64,000 bases of DNA from an uncultured Chloroflexia bacterium (GTDB taxonomy: Bacteria; Chloroflexota; Limnocylindria; Limnocylindrales; CSP1-4), in the NCBI GenBank assembly GCA_963748625.1, contig CAVVJT010000003.1:160001-224000 (forward strand). The letters run 5' to 3'. A model generated the notes under the pieces. It worked only from the letters and a program-made list of their open reading frames with translations, had not been told where the DNA came from and did no database searches. Both the position numbers and the translations under genes were made by a program. Below, one piece after another: positions 61,960 to 64,000 of the stretch (positions are counted from its first letter, which is position 1; the number at the start of each line of letters is the position of its first letter).

Positions 61960-62852
61960 GACCCGGCAGCGTCGGGGGCGGGATCGGGATCCGGGCCGGG
62001 CGCAGGGTCGACACCGGAGCCGGGCGCAGGATCGACGCCGGGGCCGGGCTCGGGAGCGACACCAGGAGCGGGATCGGGGTCCGTGTGGGTGTCAGGGGCA
62101 GCATCAGCACCGGCAGCGGCACCTGCCGCCGCCACGACGCGCGAGCGGGGGGACCGTTGGCGCTCCTCGCGGATCACGTCGAGCGCCTCAGCGGCGGCAG
62201 ATGTCTCGGCGATGCGGCGTGACGGACCATCGCCCGTCCCAAGCACGCGCCCGTCCACCACCACCTCGATGCGGAACTGCTTCTCGTGGTCGGGTCCGAC
62301 CGCCTCGACCAGGCGGTAGACCGGGCGGTCCCCGGTGGTGCGCTGCGTGTGCTCCTGGAGCCGGCTCTTCGGGCTCTTGAGCGAGGTCATGGCCTGGTCG
62401 GCGGAGATCTCCGGCTCGGCCCACTGGTGGATCCAGTCGCGGGCCGTGTCCCAGCCGAGGTCCAGGTAGATCGCACCCACGAGCGCCTCGAAGGCGGACG
62501 CGAGGAGCGAAGGCCGCACGCGGCCGCCCCGCTGGGCCTCGCCCTCGCCGAGGAACAGGAAGTCGCCGAGGCCCAGGCGCGCCGCAAGGCGCGCGAGTCC
62601 TGGGGTGCTCACGATCGCCGCACGGCGAGCGGAGAGCACCCCTTCGTCATCGTTGGGGTGCCGTCGATAGAGTGCCTCGGAGACGGCGAGATTCACCACC
62701 GCGTCCCCGAGGAACTCAAGACGTTCGTTGTGGCCACGAGCAGCGTCTGGGTGCTCGTGGAGCCAGCTGCTGTGGACCAGCGCCTGCTCAAGCAGGTCGC
62801 GGTCGCGGATCGGAAGTCCGAGGCGCTCCGTCAGCGCGTCGGCCGGGTGCAT
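61956..62852 (-). CDS. rnc: Ribonuclease III with Pro/Asp/Gly repeat tail
   Basis: HNERLEFLGDAV, FEALVGAIYLD, dsRBD PKSRLQE..GPDH. Confidence 0.97.
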   Translation of the reverse strand: MHPADALTERLGLPIRDRDLLEQALVHSSWLHEHPDAARGHNERLEFLGDAVVNLAVSEALYRRHPNDDEGVLSARRAAIVSTPGLARLAARLGLGDFLFLGEGEAQRGGRVRPSLLASAFEALVGAIYLDLGWDTARDWIHQWAEPEISADQAMTSLKSPKSRLQEHTQRTTGDRPVYRLVEAVGPDHEKQFRIEVVVDGRVLGTGDGPSRRIAETSAAAEALDVIREERQRSPRSRVVAAAGAAAGADAAPDTHTDPDPAPGVAPEPGPGVDPAPGSGVDPAPGPDPDPAPDAAGS

Positions 62853-62871
62853 GACGCCCCGGGCAGCCCGA

Positions 62872-63108
62872 CTAGGAGTTGTGCTCTTCGATGAAGTCGA
62901 CGGCGTCCTGGACGGTCCGGATCTTCTCGGCATCCTCGTCGGCGATCTCGGTCCCGAACTCCTCTTCGAGGCTCATGATGAGCTCGACCAGGTCCAGGGA
63001 GTCGGCATTGAGGTCGTCAACGAACGACGCCTCGGGAGTCACTTCGGACTCGTCGACCCCGAGCTGCTCGATGACGATCTTCTTGAGCCGATCGTAGGTG
63101 CTGGCCAC
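62872..63108 (-). CDS. acpP: Acyl carrier protein
   Basis: [19 protein letters not shown]; GAGGAGG SD. Confidence 0.97.
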   Translation of the reverse strand: MASTYDRLKKIVIEQLGVDESEVTPEASFVDDLNADSLDLVELIMSLEEEFGTEIADEDAEKIRTVQDAVDFIEEHNS

Positions 63109-63118
63109 TGACTCCTCC

Positions 63119-63604
63119 TCAAATCGGGGTGTCCCGACGGGTCGCGTCTTGCTCCCGGACAACGCGTCCGAGCACGCCATTCAAAAGCCGCCGCATCGGT
63201 TCCCCCGAGTAGGTGCGAGCGAGCTCAACCCACTCGGCGATGGCCACCCGGGCCGGCGTCGCGGGCGAGTGTAGCACTTCACCGAGGGCGCAACGCAGCA
63301 GTGCACGGTCCATCCGGGCCAGCGAGACGACCGGGTATTGGGGCGCCGCGGCCGTGATCTGCGCGTCGAGCGTGTCCCGGTTGGCGCTCACGATCACCAC
63401 AAGTCGGCGAGCGTAGGTAGCCGTGTCGGCATCGCCCTCATCGGCCAGGTGACGCTCCAGGACCGCGTCCGCCGTCCGCTGGCCGAAGTCTGCCTCGAAC
63501 ACGGCGGCAAGCGCCAGCCGGCGGGCGGCACGGCGGCTCCGGGCCCGGTCCTCTCCTGCGCGATCGCGGCGAGGACGCGGGGCGTCAGCCTCCGACACCG
63601 TCAA
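63119..63604 (-). CDS. nusB: Transcription antitermination factor NusB
   Basis: [39 protein letters not shown]. Confidence 0.9.
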   Translation of the reverse strand: MTVSEADAPRPRRDRAGEDRARSRRAARRLALAAVFEADFGQRTADAVLERHLADEGDADTATYARRLVVIVSANRDTLDAQITAAAPQYPVVSLARMDRALLRCALGEVLHSPATPARVAIAEWVELARTYSGEPMRRLLNGVLGRVVREQDATRRDTPI

Positions 63605-63893
63605 CCATGACGGTCACGGCGCCCACCTCGAGGCCCAGCAGCCGCTCGATGGCGCTCACGATGGCGGCGCGGACCTGGGCGGAGAGGGGCACGAGGCGCT
63701 GGCGCGGGCGCGCGACCAGCCAGATCGTGACGTAGACGCGGTCTTCGCGCACGCGGACGCGCACGGGCGAGCCGCCAATGACACCGCGCCAGCGTGGACC
63801 GCCGCGGCCCACCTTGAGCACGCCCGGGATCTCCAGGACGGCGAGCCGGACGGTCTCACGGATGACGCCGGGCCCGACGGTGAGGACGGCCAT
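63585..63893 (-). CDS. Asp23/Gls24 family protein
   Basis: VIRETVRLAVLEIPGV...QVRAAI..AIERLLGLEV..VTV.VDG; upstream of nusB. Confidence 0.8.
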   Translation of the reverse strand: MAVLTVGPGVIRETVRLAVLEIPGVLKVGRGGPRWRGVIGGSPVRVRVREDRVYVTIWLVARPRQRLVPLSAQVRAAIVSAIERLLGLEVGAVTVMVDGVGG

Positions 63894-63894
63894 G

Positions 63895-64000
63895 TCAGTC
63901 CACGCTCCCTGGCGAGCCGAGGGCATTGGTGCTGGCGGGTGAATCCGGCGTCTGCTCCGACATGCCCAGCGACTCGGCGATCTGCTCGGTGACCTGTCCG
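63895..64000 (-). CDS. 3' end of an upstream gene (possibly plsX, from context only)
   Basis: Open frame GQVTEQIAESLG...SVD* ending 1 nt before the Asp23 start. Confidence 0.4.
   Translation of the reverse strand, partial: GQVTEQIAESLGMSEQTPDSPASTNALGSPGSVD

Overview
This window is high-GC bacterial chromosome and mostly housekeeping genes on the minus strand. It runs Asp23-nusB-acpP-rnc-smc-ftsY, ffh, rpsP-khpA-rimM-trmD-rplS, rnhB/yraN, rpsB-tsf-pyrH-frr-uppS-cdsA-dxr-rseP-ispG, nusA-ylxR-infB-rbfA-nrnA-truB-ribF, rpsO-pnp and asd-udg-rnj-ftsK-rodZ-cinA-murC-yajQ. Accessory genes include an ECF sigma/anti-sigma pair, two MFS transporters, a LysR with a divergent micro-peptide, a Phd/PIN toxin-antitoxin pair and PhzF. 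Gene content and style suggest Chloroflexota, possibly Limnocylindria-like (inference only). I recognised no rRNA, tRNA, CRISPR array or transposase. The standout is PNPase with an apparently intact DnaQ-like DEDDh 3'-5' exonuclease domain inserted in frame between its two RNase PH domains. Other observations: beta-clamp-type motifs on UDG and on an RNase HII with an altered GRG motif; a small acidic ORF that duplicates a motif of the FtsY N-terminus; ylxR with no canonical start codon; a doubly frameshifted ribF; two unannotated 36-aa membrane peptides; a ~155-nt intergenic rod hairpin; many probable leaderless genes; and repeat-expanded acidic tails on core proteins. All calls come from motif recognition by eye; no database searches were run.
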